A stretch of 64,000 nucleotides of DNA from Candidatus Moanibacter sp. (GTDB lineage Bacteria > Verrucomicrobiota > Verrucomicrobiia > Opitutales > UBA2987): the NCBI GenBank assembly GCA_965215885.1, contig CBDCEW010000099.1, forward strand, positions 1 to 64,000, in the 5' to 3' direction. The notes below the pieces were generated by a model. The model made no database searches, was not told the origin of the DNA, and saw only the letters and a program-made list of their open reading frames with translations. The stretch's first letter is position 1. Every line of letters starts with the position of its first letter. Shown piece by piece: positions 11,675 through 20,593 of the stretch. Position numbers and translations under genes: made by a program.

Positions 11675-12394
11675 TTATAGGAGACTGGAGTCGAGGCGGC
11701 GGTAGCGTGCCGTTTCCGCGGAATCGCGATCCAGGAGCGCGGCTTCGACGCTCTTGCCTGGAATCTGCAGGAGCCGTTTCCTGGGGGTTTTGATCGTTTC
11801 CACGGACTGCTCTCCAACGATTCCCTGCCAGAGTGTGAGGCAGAGCGAGATTGCCCGATCGAGTCCGTCATGCGGACGCAATTTTCCGGTCAACCAACGG
11901 GAGGCCTCCTGGGCCAGATCATAATTAGTATAGGCTACGAGGACGCCGCCGGGCTCGTAAGAGGGAGTGCCATCAAATTGGAGCCTGACAAGGACATCCT
12001 CCTCAAGGCGCGGGCCGACTTCAGCGAAGATACTGTCTACAATGAGGGGAGGAGCGAATATTTTTTCAAAACTGTCTTTGAGAAGCGGACACAAAGCGAA
12101 GTTTATCAAGCGCCGAAGAATCACATCCTCTGGCGAGCGCTGAAATCCCTCCGTATGGGCGGCTTCGATGGCAGTCTGGCGAAGCTTCTCGATGTCGACC
12201 GGATTTCCGAGGGCGCAATAGCCCAACCGGTCGTAGATTTCGAAGACCTTGGAGTTTCCAGCCCCTACACCGAGAAGAAGCACGCCTTCGGGACGGGAGA
12301 GGGCAAAGACAGGTGTGCCACCCCGCATTTGGTCTTCAATGTACTCCCGGCGATTTTGAATGGCTTCCAGCCATCGATACGGTTCTTCAAGCAT
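11675..12394 (-). CDS. prcA: 20S proteasome alpha subunit
   Basis: Motifs RREYIEDQMRGGTPV, KVFEIYDRL..ALG and RSPEDV; it lies between prcB and pafA. Confidence 0.88.
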   Translation of the reverse strand: MLEEPYRWLEAIQNRREYIEDQMRGGTPVFALSRPEGVLLLGVGAGNSKVFEIYDRLGYCALGNPVDIEKLRQTAIEAAHTEGFQRSPEDVILRRLINFALCPLLKDSFEKIFAPPLIVDSIFAEVGPRLEEDVLVRLQFDGTPSYEPGGVLVAYTNYDLAQEASRWLTGKLRPHDGLDRAISLCLTLWQGIVGEQSVETIKTPRKRLLQIPGKSVEAALLDRDSAETARYRRLDSSLL

Positions 12395-12403
12395 GGATTA
12401 TGA

Positions 12404-13159
12404 TCATATTGCGGCGGTCCAGAGGTCTCGTTGTTCTTGTTCGCTTACGGTTTGGATGCCTTCGGGGGAGAGCAATTTTATGGTTCCGAATTGATCTCTA
12501 TCCGGCTGAACACCACCGGTTGCGGTATCAAATTCCGAAGCGGTCATGAGCAATCGGTTTGCGAAATTCACTGCCTCGGCCAAGGGCATATGGGCGGGTT
12601 TAGGACTACCCCATTGTTCGTTGAAATGGAGGACACTTTTGATGCTTGTGGCGCCCGATCCGGCTCCGGCATAGTTGGCAGCTTCAAAATTGGCACCGAG
12701 AGGATCGTAGAAATAAATGACTGGGTTGGGATCCGGTTTTTCGGGCTCGAGCCCGGCAAAGATCGGTGCGACCGCTCCGATTCCCTGGAGAGTGGCAGGG
12801 AGATTCTCCCGAAGAAGCCGGGAGATAGCGCGTGTCTTGGCCAGGAGACTCATTGTCTGCAGTTGGCTGCGCCGGTAAAATTCGAACGCAGTCTGAAGGG
12901 TACGCGTCATTTCGAAGGCGATGGCCGGCGAACCTGCGATAGCCATGAGAGAATGGGAGTCTAATTCCAGAATTTTCTCGGTCTTATCGGAGAAGATAAG
13001 ATTTCCGCTGGTGGCCCGATGGTCTCCGGCAAAGAGAACACCGTCCGCGCAGTGAAAGGCAAAAACGGTAGTGGCTTCGAGCTGTAAAGCCTTCGGATCG
13101 AGTTTCTCCAGATGGGGAAAGGAGGATTCAGGTAGGAGTTCTAGAAAGTCGCCTTTCAT
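12404..13159 (-). CDS. prcB: 20S proteasome beta subunit (Ntn threonine protease)
   Basis: A 29-aa propeptide precedes TTVFAF..DGVLFAGDHRATSGN; further motifs IAGSPA, GAGSG and DTATGG. Confidence 0.92.
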   Translation of the reverse strand: MKGDFLELLPESSFPHLEKLDPKALQLEATTVFAFHCADGVLFAGDHRATSGNLIFSDKTEKILELDSHSLMAIAGSPAIAFEMTRTLQTAFEFYRRSQLQTMSLLAKTRAISRLLRENLPATLQGIGAVAPIFAGLEPEKPDPNPVIYFYDPLGANFEAANYAGAGSGATSIKSVLHFNEQWGSPKPAHMPLAEAVNFANRLLMTASEFDTATGGVQPDRDQFGTIKLLSPEGIQTVSEQEQRDLWTAAI

Positions 13160-13335
13160 TCTCCGGTCCTTTGCCGGTAGCGACGCGCCTGTTCAGGATC
13201 TACCTTTCGCATTCGTTTAAGGAGATCTCTTGTATCCGGTTTCTCGACCTTGGGCGATTGGGGTCCTTCGTCGTCGCCACCACCGCCCCCTGGATTTGGA
13301 CTCGCTGGCTTTGTTTTTCGAATTGGATCTGGCAT
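13156..13335 (-). CDS. ubact: UBact ubiquitin-like modifier, 59 aa (not in the ORF track)
   Basis: MPDPIRKTKPASPNPGGGGGDDEGPQSPKVEKPDTRDLLKRMRKVDPEQARRYRQRTGE*. It has an AGGAG RBS 7 nt upstream, its stop overlaps the prcB ATG (ATGA), and the C-terminal RTGE is the UBact signature. Confidence 0.93.
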   Translation of the reverse strand: MPDPIRKTKPASPNPGGGGGDDEGPQSPKVEKPDTRDLLKRMRKVDPEQARRYRQRTGE

Positions 13336-13477
13336 AATAATCTCCTGGTAGGAATTGAACTATGGACTATCGAGTGCGTTGCCCTGCAATCGCGCTCGCA
13401 CCTGTGTAAAAGTATTTAGAAGACACCGCACTAGTTTAGCATAGCCGCATACAAAGTAAAGAGTAAGGATGTCCTAC

Positions 13478-13672
13478 GGGTGCAGTAGCCCATCCCACGG
13501 TTCCACACGGTGGACGATGGATGAAGGAGGGAAGCTCAACTGAGACTGTATTCGAGCTGGGGACCGGTGATCGCAGGCAGGCACAGTGGGATGGGGCGAA
13601 GCCCGCCGTGGGAGAGAATCCAGAAGAAAAGCCCACGGATGCAGTAGCCATCCCACGGTTCCACACGGTGGG
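13478..13672. repeat. REP/BIME-like repeat, about 157-bp period
   Basis: TGCAGTAGCCATCCCACGGTTCC occurs twice with an inverted partner CAGTGGGATGGGGCGAAGCCC between. It is near-identical to 47589-47870. Confidence 0.85.
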
Positions 13673-14223
13673 CGATAGGAGAAGGATCAAAGGATTCGGG
13701 CGAATGGGAGGTGGGCTAAATCCTCAATGCGGTTCGCGGCTTCGATTGCGTCCAGGCCGATTCTCACCTGATGGGTATCGAATAGGTCGGAAAGGTTCAG
13801 CTCAATCACTTTAGAATCGCCCTTTAAACGCACGAAGTCCCATTGCGCTCCATCGACACGAGAGCCGAATTGGATGAAGGAGGGAAGCTCAACTGAGACT
13901 GTATTCGAGCTGGGGACCGGTGATCGCAGGCAGGCACAGTGGGATGGGGCGAAGCCCGCCGTGGGTGAGAATCCAGAAGAAAAGCCCACGGATGCAGTAG
14001 CCATCCCACGGTTCCACACGGTGGGCGATAGGAGAAGGATCAAAGGATTCGGGCGAATGGGAGGTGGGCTAAATCCTCAATGCGGTTCGCGGCTTCGATT
14101 GCGTCCAGGCCGATTCTCACCTGATGGGTATCGAATAGGTCGGAAAGGTTCAGCTCAATCACTTTAGAATCGCCCTTTAAACGTACGAAGTCCCATTGCG
14201 CTCCATCGACACGAGAGCCGAAT
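13518..14223. repeat. 353-bp tandem duplication covering the dop 3' end and the REP-like element
   Basis: 13518-13870 matches 13871-14223 at offset 353. I found two substitutions: GGGAGAGA/GGGTGAGA and AACGCACG/AACGTACG. Confidence 0.92.
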
Positions 14224-15505
14224 TTCTCAATACACCGTCCACGCACGGCGGCGCGGGTGGTTTTCATTGGATCTCCAGTAAACCGTAGAAAAGGCCTTCT
14301 TTCTTATCTAAGCGATGGTAAGAGAGATCAAGGCTTCGCAGCCACGGATCTTCCGGCTTTAGTTTCTCCGACTCTCTAAACGATTCGATCAACTGATACT
14401 TGGCACTCCAGTCAAGCCGGTCGGCGGTGGATAGCGGATCCGCCTTCAAATCATCCAGGACAGTTGCCCAGGCTTCAACGAGCCGCTGCCACGGAGCGTC
14501 AAGGTTGGGCAGAAACTCCCGCACGAGATCCAGATAACGCCTTTGGACTGATATGGCAGTAGCCTCTTTTTCGCCTTCCACGGGTAGGTGCCAGCAGCGA
14601 CTCGGGTCCCGCGAGACCGCCTTGAGGGAATATAAGGGATCCACGAGTCGTGGTATTCTGTCGAGGGGGGCGCGATTGACGAGAGCTTGCAGGACAAGTG
14701 CGGTACTTCCGACTTTGAGCCAGGTCGCAAACGGAGACATGTTTGCATCTCCGATTATAACGTGGAATCGGCGGTATTTTTCGGGATTGGCGTGTGGTTC
14801 GTCCCGAGTATTGACGATAGGTCGCCGCTGCATCGTATCGACGCTTTGGATTACGGAAAAGAAATCGCTCCGCTGGGAAATCTGAAAGCCGGTTTTCAGA
14901 AAACGGTCCTCTTCCTCCCAACCGAATTTACCGGCGCCGCAAAAGACCTGTCGGGTGACAAGAAAGGCGAGAGTTCCACAGGCCAGGGTATCCCATGGGA
15001 GAATACGCGGGAGTAAGTAGTTTTCATGACACCCGTAGCTGTGTCCCTGAAAATCGCTGTTGTTCTTGAAAAGAATGACGGGATTATCGGTACCTTGGTT
15101 AATGGTTCGCGCACATGACATAAGGACTTCGTCACCGGCGAAATCCTGTTGCAGGAGTTCAAAAAGATTGCTGCATTCCGGCGTACAATACTCCGGATGG
15201 GCATGATCGTTGTAAAAGCGAGCACCGTTTTTGAGAACGTAATCGCTCTTGATTTCTCTATTTGACAAACTACGCGACGCGTCTTGAGCGAAGTATTCCG
15301 CTTCGTCTGAATCCTGCTTCAGTTCCTTAACTCGAAATCCCCTCGCATCGAGATGCGGATCCTCGAAGTTATAATCCCATCGCAGCCTTACCCCCTCCGC
15401 GGTGGCGCTGCGAACCAGCCCAATGGATTCCGCTACGACATCAATTCCCTCCGGGTTCTGCCGAGTGATTCCGATCTCATTTTCGAGTCCAAATTGTATA
15501 TCCAT
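14040..15505 (-). pseudogene. dop: Dop depupylase/deamidase homolog, split near 14265
   Basis: Motifs FGLENEIGI, NGARFYNDHAHPEYCTPEC, SYGCHENYL and NTRDEPHA. The ORF stops at GLFYGLLEIQ*; the natural tail TTRAAVRGRCIEKF...AQWD continues in another frame (14040..14267). Confidence 0.85.
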
Positions 15506-15713
15506 TTTCGAAAGCTGGTTTCTTCACCGTTACTACTGTAAGAGCTGGCTAATCCCGCGCAAGCGCGGTCCTACAAATCCTTCTTTGTGCACAACTCTAT
15601 GATCGTCCTCATGATTCGGCAACTTTCGAGAACGATATGTGAACTGGTTCTGCCTTACGACAGAGATTGAGATCAGTCGGGTTCTCGGCGAGAGAGAGGA
15701 TTTTGGAGCAGAA

Positions 15714-17450
15714 TTATATAGCGGCTGTTTTAGAGGCGGAATGGCCCGTGCGGTAGGGCTGGAGATGGATGACGTTGGAGGGGTCGAAATCGGTCAATTT
15801 TAACCAGTCCTCGGTTAAATCACTGGGTGGAAAGAGCTCGTTCTCAGCATATTCAAGATCAAGAGCGTCGAGGAGATCCTGGCGGGAGATGGCGGATTCA
15901 CTCTCTTCCAGGACCGAGCGTTTGATGGCCAAACCCTTGGCGCGCTCAATGATTGCAGCAATGATGGCGCCACTTGCGATTCCTCCACGATAGACGTAGT
16001 CGCGTCGCCCGCTCCGAAAGGTGATCTCAAGAAAGCGGTTGGCTTCAGTCTCTGCGTAATGGGCGTTCACTGCTGCGCTAATAAGGGTGTCGCGCGATTC
16101 CGAGAGGGGTAGCTCATCGGAAAGATAAATGCGGTAGATCTCCTCACCGGCCGCCTTGTCGGGACGGCGAACACGGATTTTTCTATCGATGCGGCCGGGC
16201 CGAAGAATAGCCGGGTCGATGAGGTCGGCTCGATTGGAAGCGAGTATGACAACGACGTTTTCGAGGGGTTCGATACCGTCCATCTCCGCGCAGAACATGG
16301 GAACCAGCGTCGTTAGGATACTCGAGCCGGAGCGGTAGGCACCACGAGTGCCGAGTATGGAATCGGCCTCGTCGATGAAGAGAAAAGCGAGTTCGCCTTC
16401 AGCTACCTTTTCGCGACACTGGGCAAAGAGGTCGCGCACCTGGCGTTCGGACTCACCCAGCCACATATTGAGAATTTCCGGGCCCTTGACATGGAGAAAA
16501 AATTCCGGGCGATCCTCGCCTGATTTCTCGCGGATCTGGAGCCGGAGGTTATGAGCGGTAGCTCGACCGATAAGGGTTTTGCCACATCCGGGAGGGCCGT
16601 AGAGCAAAAACCCCTTGGGAACCGGATGGTTGAATTTCTTGAAGAGGTGAGCGTGCAGATAGGGCAGTTCTATGGTATCGCGTATCGCCTCAATCGCTTC
16701 TTTCTGCCCACCGACGGCGCTCCATGGAACGGAGGGCAAAGTCGAGAGAGTGTGGTCGAGGCGCTTTGCCTGGGAGAGGATTTCCACAACGACGCGGTGA
16801 TTAGCATCCAGCCTCACTTCGAGCCCAGCTTTGAGTTTCTCCTTATAGAGAAGGGAAGATCTTACGACCACAATGTCCGACACCCCGTGCTCCGATCCCA
16901 CCCTCAATCGGCCATCTGGGAGCGTCTCACTGATGCGAACAATGGGACCGCTCTTGTCGTAACCAAACGAGTCGACGATGGCAAACGCTTCATTGAGGAC
17001 AACGTGCATACCCGTTTCGAGAACCGCATTCGGTAGTGAGGGAGCTAACGAGCAGACGTAGTCGGTTCCGTTGACGCAGACCATGGCGCGATCTTCCTTT
17101 ATACGACGCAGGAGAGTACCGAGCCGGAGGGCGGGCGATTGCAGTTTGTCCACCGCGGTGCTAAGTTGCTCGATGGCCGATGTAGCCTGGTCCTGCAGCT
17201 CTTCCATCTCCTCAATGCGTGCACGCAATATATCGAGTGTTTCTTTATCGGACCCCGACTGAGCCAGCCTGTGCGAGATGAGGTCAAAGAGTTGGAGGGT
17301 GGAGAGCGATTGGAGAAGTTCCAGGGGCGCAAACTCTTCGGATTCGGTCTCCACCGGAATATCCGAAGATGGAGAAACATCCCTTGGGTCCAATTTCAGC
17401 TTCTTTTTTCCCACGCCGCAAATCTTAGTTGAGGATGTGAAAAAGTCCAA
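15714..17450 (-). CDS. arc: proteasome-associated AAA+ ATPase (ARC/Mpa)
   Basis: N-terminal coiled coil and OB-like region, Walker A GPPGCGKT, KGPEILNMWLGESERQVR, FIDEAD and ASNRADLIDPAILRPGRID. The start is uncertain. Confidence 0.92.
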   Translation of the reverse strand: MDFFTSSTKICGVGKKKLKLDPRDVSPSSDIPVETESEEFAPLELLQSLSTLQLFDLISHRLAQSGSDKETLDILRARIEEMEELQDQATSAIEQLSTAVDKLQSPALRLGTLLRRIKEDRAMVCVNGTDYVCSLAPSLPNAVLETGMHVVLNEAFAIVDSFGYDKSGPIVRISETLPDGRLRVGSEHGVSDIVVVRSSLLYKEKLKAGLEVRLDANHRVVVEILSQAKRLDHTLSTLPSVPWSAVGGQKEAIEAIRDTIELPYLHAHLFKKFNHPVPKGFLLYGPPGCGKTLIGRATAHNLRLQIREKSGEDRPEFFLHVKGPEILNMWLGESERQVRDLFAQCREKVAEGELAFLFIDEADSILGTRGAYRSGSSILTTLVPMFCAEMDGIEPLENVVVILASNRADLIDPAILRPGRIDRKIRVRRPDKAAGEEIYRIYLSDELPLSESRDTLISAAVNAHYAETEANRFLEITFRSGRRDYVYRGGIASGAIIAAIIERAKGLAIKRSVLEESESAISRQDLLDALDLEYAENELFPPSDLTEDWLKLTDFDPSNVIHLQPYRTGHSASKTAAI

Positions 17451-17585
17451 ACCAATCTTATTGCGTAGAGAGGTCTTGACTAGGCATTTGCATGTTGTTT
17501 AATGACGCTCCTTCAATCGCAGACTTCGAATTGCCTTCGGAAGCTGTGGTCTAAGGAAATCTGAGAAATTCATTGGAGTATAACT

Positions 17586-17888
17586 ATGGCTTACGTAATT
17601 ACGGGTCTCTGTGTTGATTGTAAATATACAAGCTGTGCGGCAGTATGTCCGGTGGAAGCGTTTCACGAGACGCCGGATCGGCTCTACATTAACGCCGATA
17701 CTTGCATTGACTGTGACCTCTGCGTGCCGGAATGTCCGGTCGAAGCTATTTTTCAGGACTCCGATGTACCTGATGAATATGAAGAATGGATCGCATTGAA
17801 CGAAACCGAAGCGGAAAACTTTCCCATCATTAATGAAGAGAAAGAACCCTTGAAAGGTCCGAAATGCGTCGATTCCAATGCGGCCTGA
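17586..17888 (+). CDS. ferredoxin (FdxA-like dicluster)
   Basis: Motifs CVDCKYTSCAAVCPVEAF and CIDCDLCVPECPVEAI. Confidence 0.93.
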   Translation: MAYVITGLCVDCKYTSCAAVCPVEAFHETPDRLYINADTCIDCDLCVPECPVEAIFQDSDVPDEYEEWIALNETEAENFPIINEEKEPLKGPKCVDSNAA

Positions 17889-17998
17889 GAAGGGCGGAAT
17901 CGGAGGGTTCAAGGGTTGTTGCCCAGCTGCTCGACCATCGACTACGATTATGACGACGAGCTACGATCGCATAATGAGCCGATCGCCAGTCGAAATTC

Positions 17999-18060
17999 GT
18001 GATCTTAATTCGAAATTGGAAGATCGACGGGAGATCACGATTGAGAGTCACGATGAGAGA
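17999..18060. repeat. dispersed intergenic repeat; inverted copy at about 31737-31798
   Basis: GTGATCTTAATTCGAAATTGGAAGATCGACGGGAGATCACGATTGAGAGTCACGATGAGA nearly equals the reverse complement of 31737-31798. Confidence 0.75.
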
Positions 18061-18115
18061 TGGGAAACGGTTCGATCTTCCTGTCGTAAATCATAATCGT
18101 GATCTATTCGATATT

Positions 18116-18472
18116 GTGAGTATACACATCTACAAGATCATACACTTAACAGGGGTGCTGATGGTCTTTATCTCTCTGGGCGGCTTAATTGTAAGGAGCC
18201 AGCTTGGCGAGGAATCGGAGAAATGGAAGAAGCTGGCGGGGGTGACGAACGGAGTAGGACTTATTCTGGTTCTCCTGGGAGGGCTCGGACTTCTGGTAAA
18301 ATTGGGCTTGGGCTTTCCCGGATGGGCATTGGCAAAGTTTGTTATCTGGTTGGTTTTTGGGGGAATGATTGCGGTGGTCAACCGAAAACCGGAAGCGGGA
18401 AGGGCTCTCTGGTGGACAGTTATCTTGCTCGGTGTATTGGCGGCTTATCTGGGGGGCGTAAAGCCCTTCTAG
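18116..18472 (+). CDS. small four-TM membrane protein (SirB2-like)
   Basis: YKIIHLTGV N-terminus, four hydrophobic segments, GWALAKFVIW and a C-terminal KPF. Confidence 0.65.
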   Translation: MSIHIYKIIHLTGVLMVFISLGGLIVRSQLGEESEKWKKLAGVTNGVGLILVLLGGLGLLVKLGLGFPGWALAKFVIWLVFGGMIAVVNRKPEAGRALWWTVILLGVLAAYLGGVKPF

Positions 18473-19113
18473 CAGGAGGGAAGGGAAACAAGGCCAAAAG
18501 CGATGGCGTGACGGGTCAGGCCGGCCACGTTGTGAACGCCGAGCTTTTTCATGAGATTGTTGCGATGAGTATCGGCTGTGCCCGGGCTGATGAACAGTTT
18601 CCAAGCGATTTCTTTCGTGGTATATCCCTCGCCAATAAGCTGGAGAATCTCCCTTTCCCGGCTCGTCAAAGAATCCACGGATTCGTCTCTGCCGCTGTCC
18701 AAGAACAGGTCTGGCATCATATTCACGATTTCAGGACCGAAATAGGTCTGACCGGATGCTACCGCACGAATTGCTTTCTCCATTTCAGCAAGGCCCGCCG
18801 ATTTTTCTATTACACCGTTGACCTTTGCCTTCATGACACGGCGAATGAGGCTCAGAGAAAAGAGTCCGGAAAAGACTAGAATCTTGGTGGCGGGACGGTC
18901 TGCCTTGAGACGTTGTGCTACTTCCACTCCGTTGAGGGTCGGAAGTCGCAGATCAAGGATCACGAAATCAGGCTTGAGCTTCAGGCACTTCTTGTAGCCA
19001 TCGAGACCGTCTCCTGAGGAACCGGCAAGCTCGAGATCGATCTGAGACTTCAGGAGGTCGCCAATGAGATCGCGAAGAAGGGTTTCGTCTTCTATGATAA
19101 ATACTCGCAACAT
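18469..19113 (-). CDS. NarL/LuxR-family response regulator
   Basis: Receiver domain (IIEDE, ILDLRLP, K) plus HTH LTSREREILQLIGEGYTTKEIA...HRNNLMKKL. Confidence 0.93.
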   Translation of the reverse strand: MLRVFIIEDETLLRDLIGDLLKSQIDLELAGSSGDGLDGYKKCLKLKPDFVILDLRLPTLNGVEVAQRLKADRPATKILVFSGLFSLSLIRRVMKAKVNGVIEKSAGLAEMEKAIRAVASGQTYFGPEIVNMMPDLFLDSGRDESVDSLTSREREILQLIGEGYTTKEIAWKLFISPGTADTHRNNLMKKLGVHNVAGLTRHAIAFGLVSLPSC

Positions 19114-19164
19114 ATCGATTCGTTCCTGTTGATAAATCGCCAGATTCGGCGGTTTCTTTAATTT

Positions 19165-19200
19165 TGTAATTCCCCGTCCCGGCATGCCGGGACGGGGTCG
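19165..19200. repeat. perfect 26-bp palindrome; second copy at about 47887-47912
   Basis: CCCCGTCCCGGCATGCCGGGACGGGG, with a shared GTAATT flank at both sites. Confidence 0.85.
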
Positions 19201-19299
19201 TCAACATTCTCGAGCCCCATCGTGTGCAGAGCCCTTCGTCCCGCTCATGGGAATGAAAGCTTGAAACTTCCCCGGGAATCCACTCATTTCAGCACTGGC

Positions 19300-20443
19300 A
19301 TGCTGGATCCTGAAATTCGTTCCCAAATCGAAGAGATTACCAGGCGCGCGGGATATCTATGGAGGTATCTTTGACGTGGAGAATACGCAGGCGGAGATTT
19401 CCCGTATCGAAGAGCAGATGGGCCAGCCCGGCTTTTGGGACAACCAGGAGAGGGCCCGGAAGAGCGCCGAGGCAGTTAGCCGGTTGAGACAATCGATAGG
19501 CAAGGTCGTCGAATCCAGCAAAAGCGTGGAAGATCTTCAAGTGATGTACGATCTCATTTCGGAATCCACGGAAGTGGAAGCAGCCGAGCACGAAAGCGAA
19601 TTAACCGAAATGGTGGCGGAGCTTCTTGGTAAAGTGGAGGAATTGGAGATACAATCCTTCCTGAGCGGACCGCACGATAACAGTAACGCGATCCTGAGCG
19701 TACATGCCGGTGCCGGGGGAACGGAATCGTGCGATTGGGCGGAAATGCTCCTTCGTATGTATACGCGTTGGGCGGAGAGGTGCGGATTTGAGAGCGAAAT
19801 TCAGGACATCCAGCCGGGTGAAGAGGCGGGGATCAGTCGCGCCACCCTGCTGGTATCCGGAGTAAATGCCTACGGGTATGCCAAGGCGGAACGCGGCGTA
19901 CACCGCCTTGTGCGAATAAGCCCTTTTGATGCCAACAAACGCAGGCATACGTCATTCTGTGCTGTTGATGTAATTGCGGAAGTGGAGGACGATATCGATT
20001 TGGAAATTGAAGAAGATGAACTCCGAATAGACACCTATCGCTCGAGAGGGAAAGGGGGACAGCACGTCAACAAGACTGACTCGGCGGTGCGCGTTACCCA
20101 CTTGCCGACTGGGATAGTGGTGGCGTGTCAGGCTGAGCGTTCGCAGCACAAAAATCGATCGATGGCAATGAAAGTGCTCAAATCGCGTCTATATGAGAAA
20201 CATATCGACGATAAACGCGCCCAAATGGAGAGGTTCTACGGCGAGAAAGATGAGATAGGATGGGGAAATCAGATTCGCAGTTACGTATTCCAGCCTTACC
20301 AGATGGTTAAAGATCTGCGCACAGGGGTAGAAACTTCGGGTATTCAGGATGTAATGAACGGAGACATCGATCGTTTTGTGCATGCCTGGTTAAGGGCGGG
20401 TGGTCCCTTGACTAGAAGGAAGGGCGTCAAAGTTGCAGACTGA
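19300..20443 (+). CDS. prfB: peptide chain release factor 2 with programmed +1 frameshift
   Basis: A 24-codon first [27 protein letters not shown] ends in GGAGGTATCTTTGAC (internal SD plus CTT TGA C at 19369-19375). SPF and GGQ motifs follow. Confidence 0.97.
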
Positions 20444-20593
20444 ACCCCATAGTCTCAATCGCCTTCGCAAAGGCGGAGTGTTTATCATTTATATTCAACA
20501 CTTCTCAATTTTTTGAAACATTGGGGTAAAGTCTTTCCCTAGTGCCGGTGTTAGGTAAATTCTTTGTCACTACACATTAATCAGAAGTATTCG

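Noticed and set aside
13436..14167. ORFs 13436..13690, 13521..13814, 13687..14043 and 13874..14167
   Set aside because: They are translations of the repeat or duplication; only the dop tail is real coding sequence.
13478..14223. CRISPR array
   Set aside because: The sequences between repeats are near-identical rather than unique spacers, the periods are 157 and 353 bp, and there are no cas genes.
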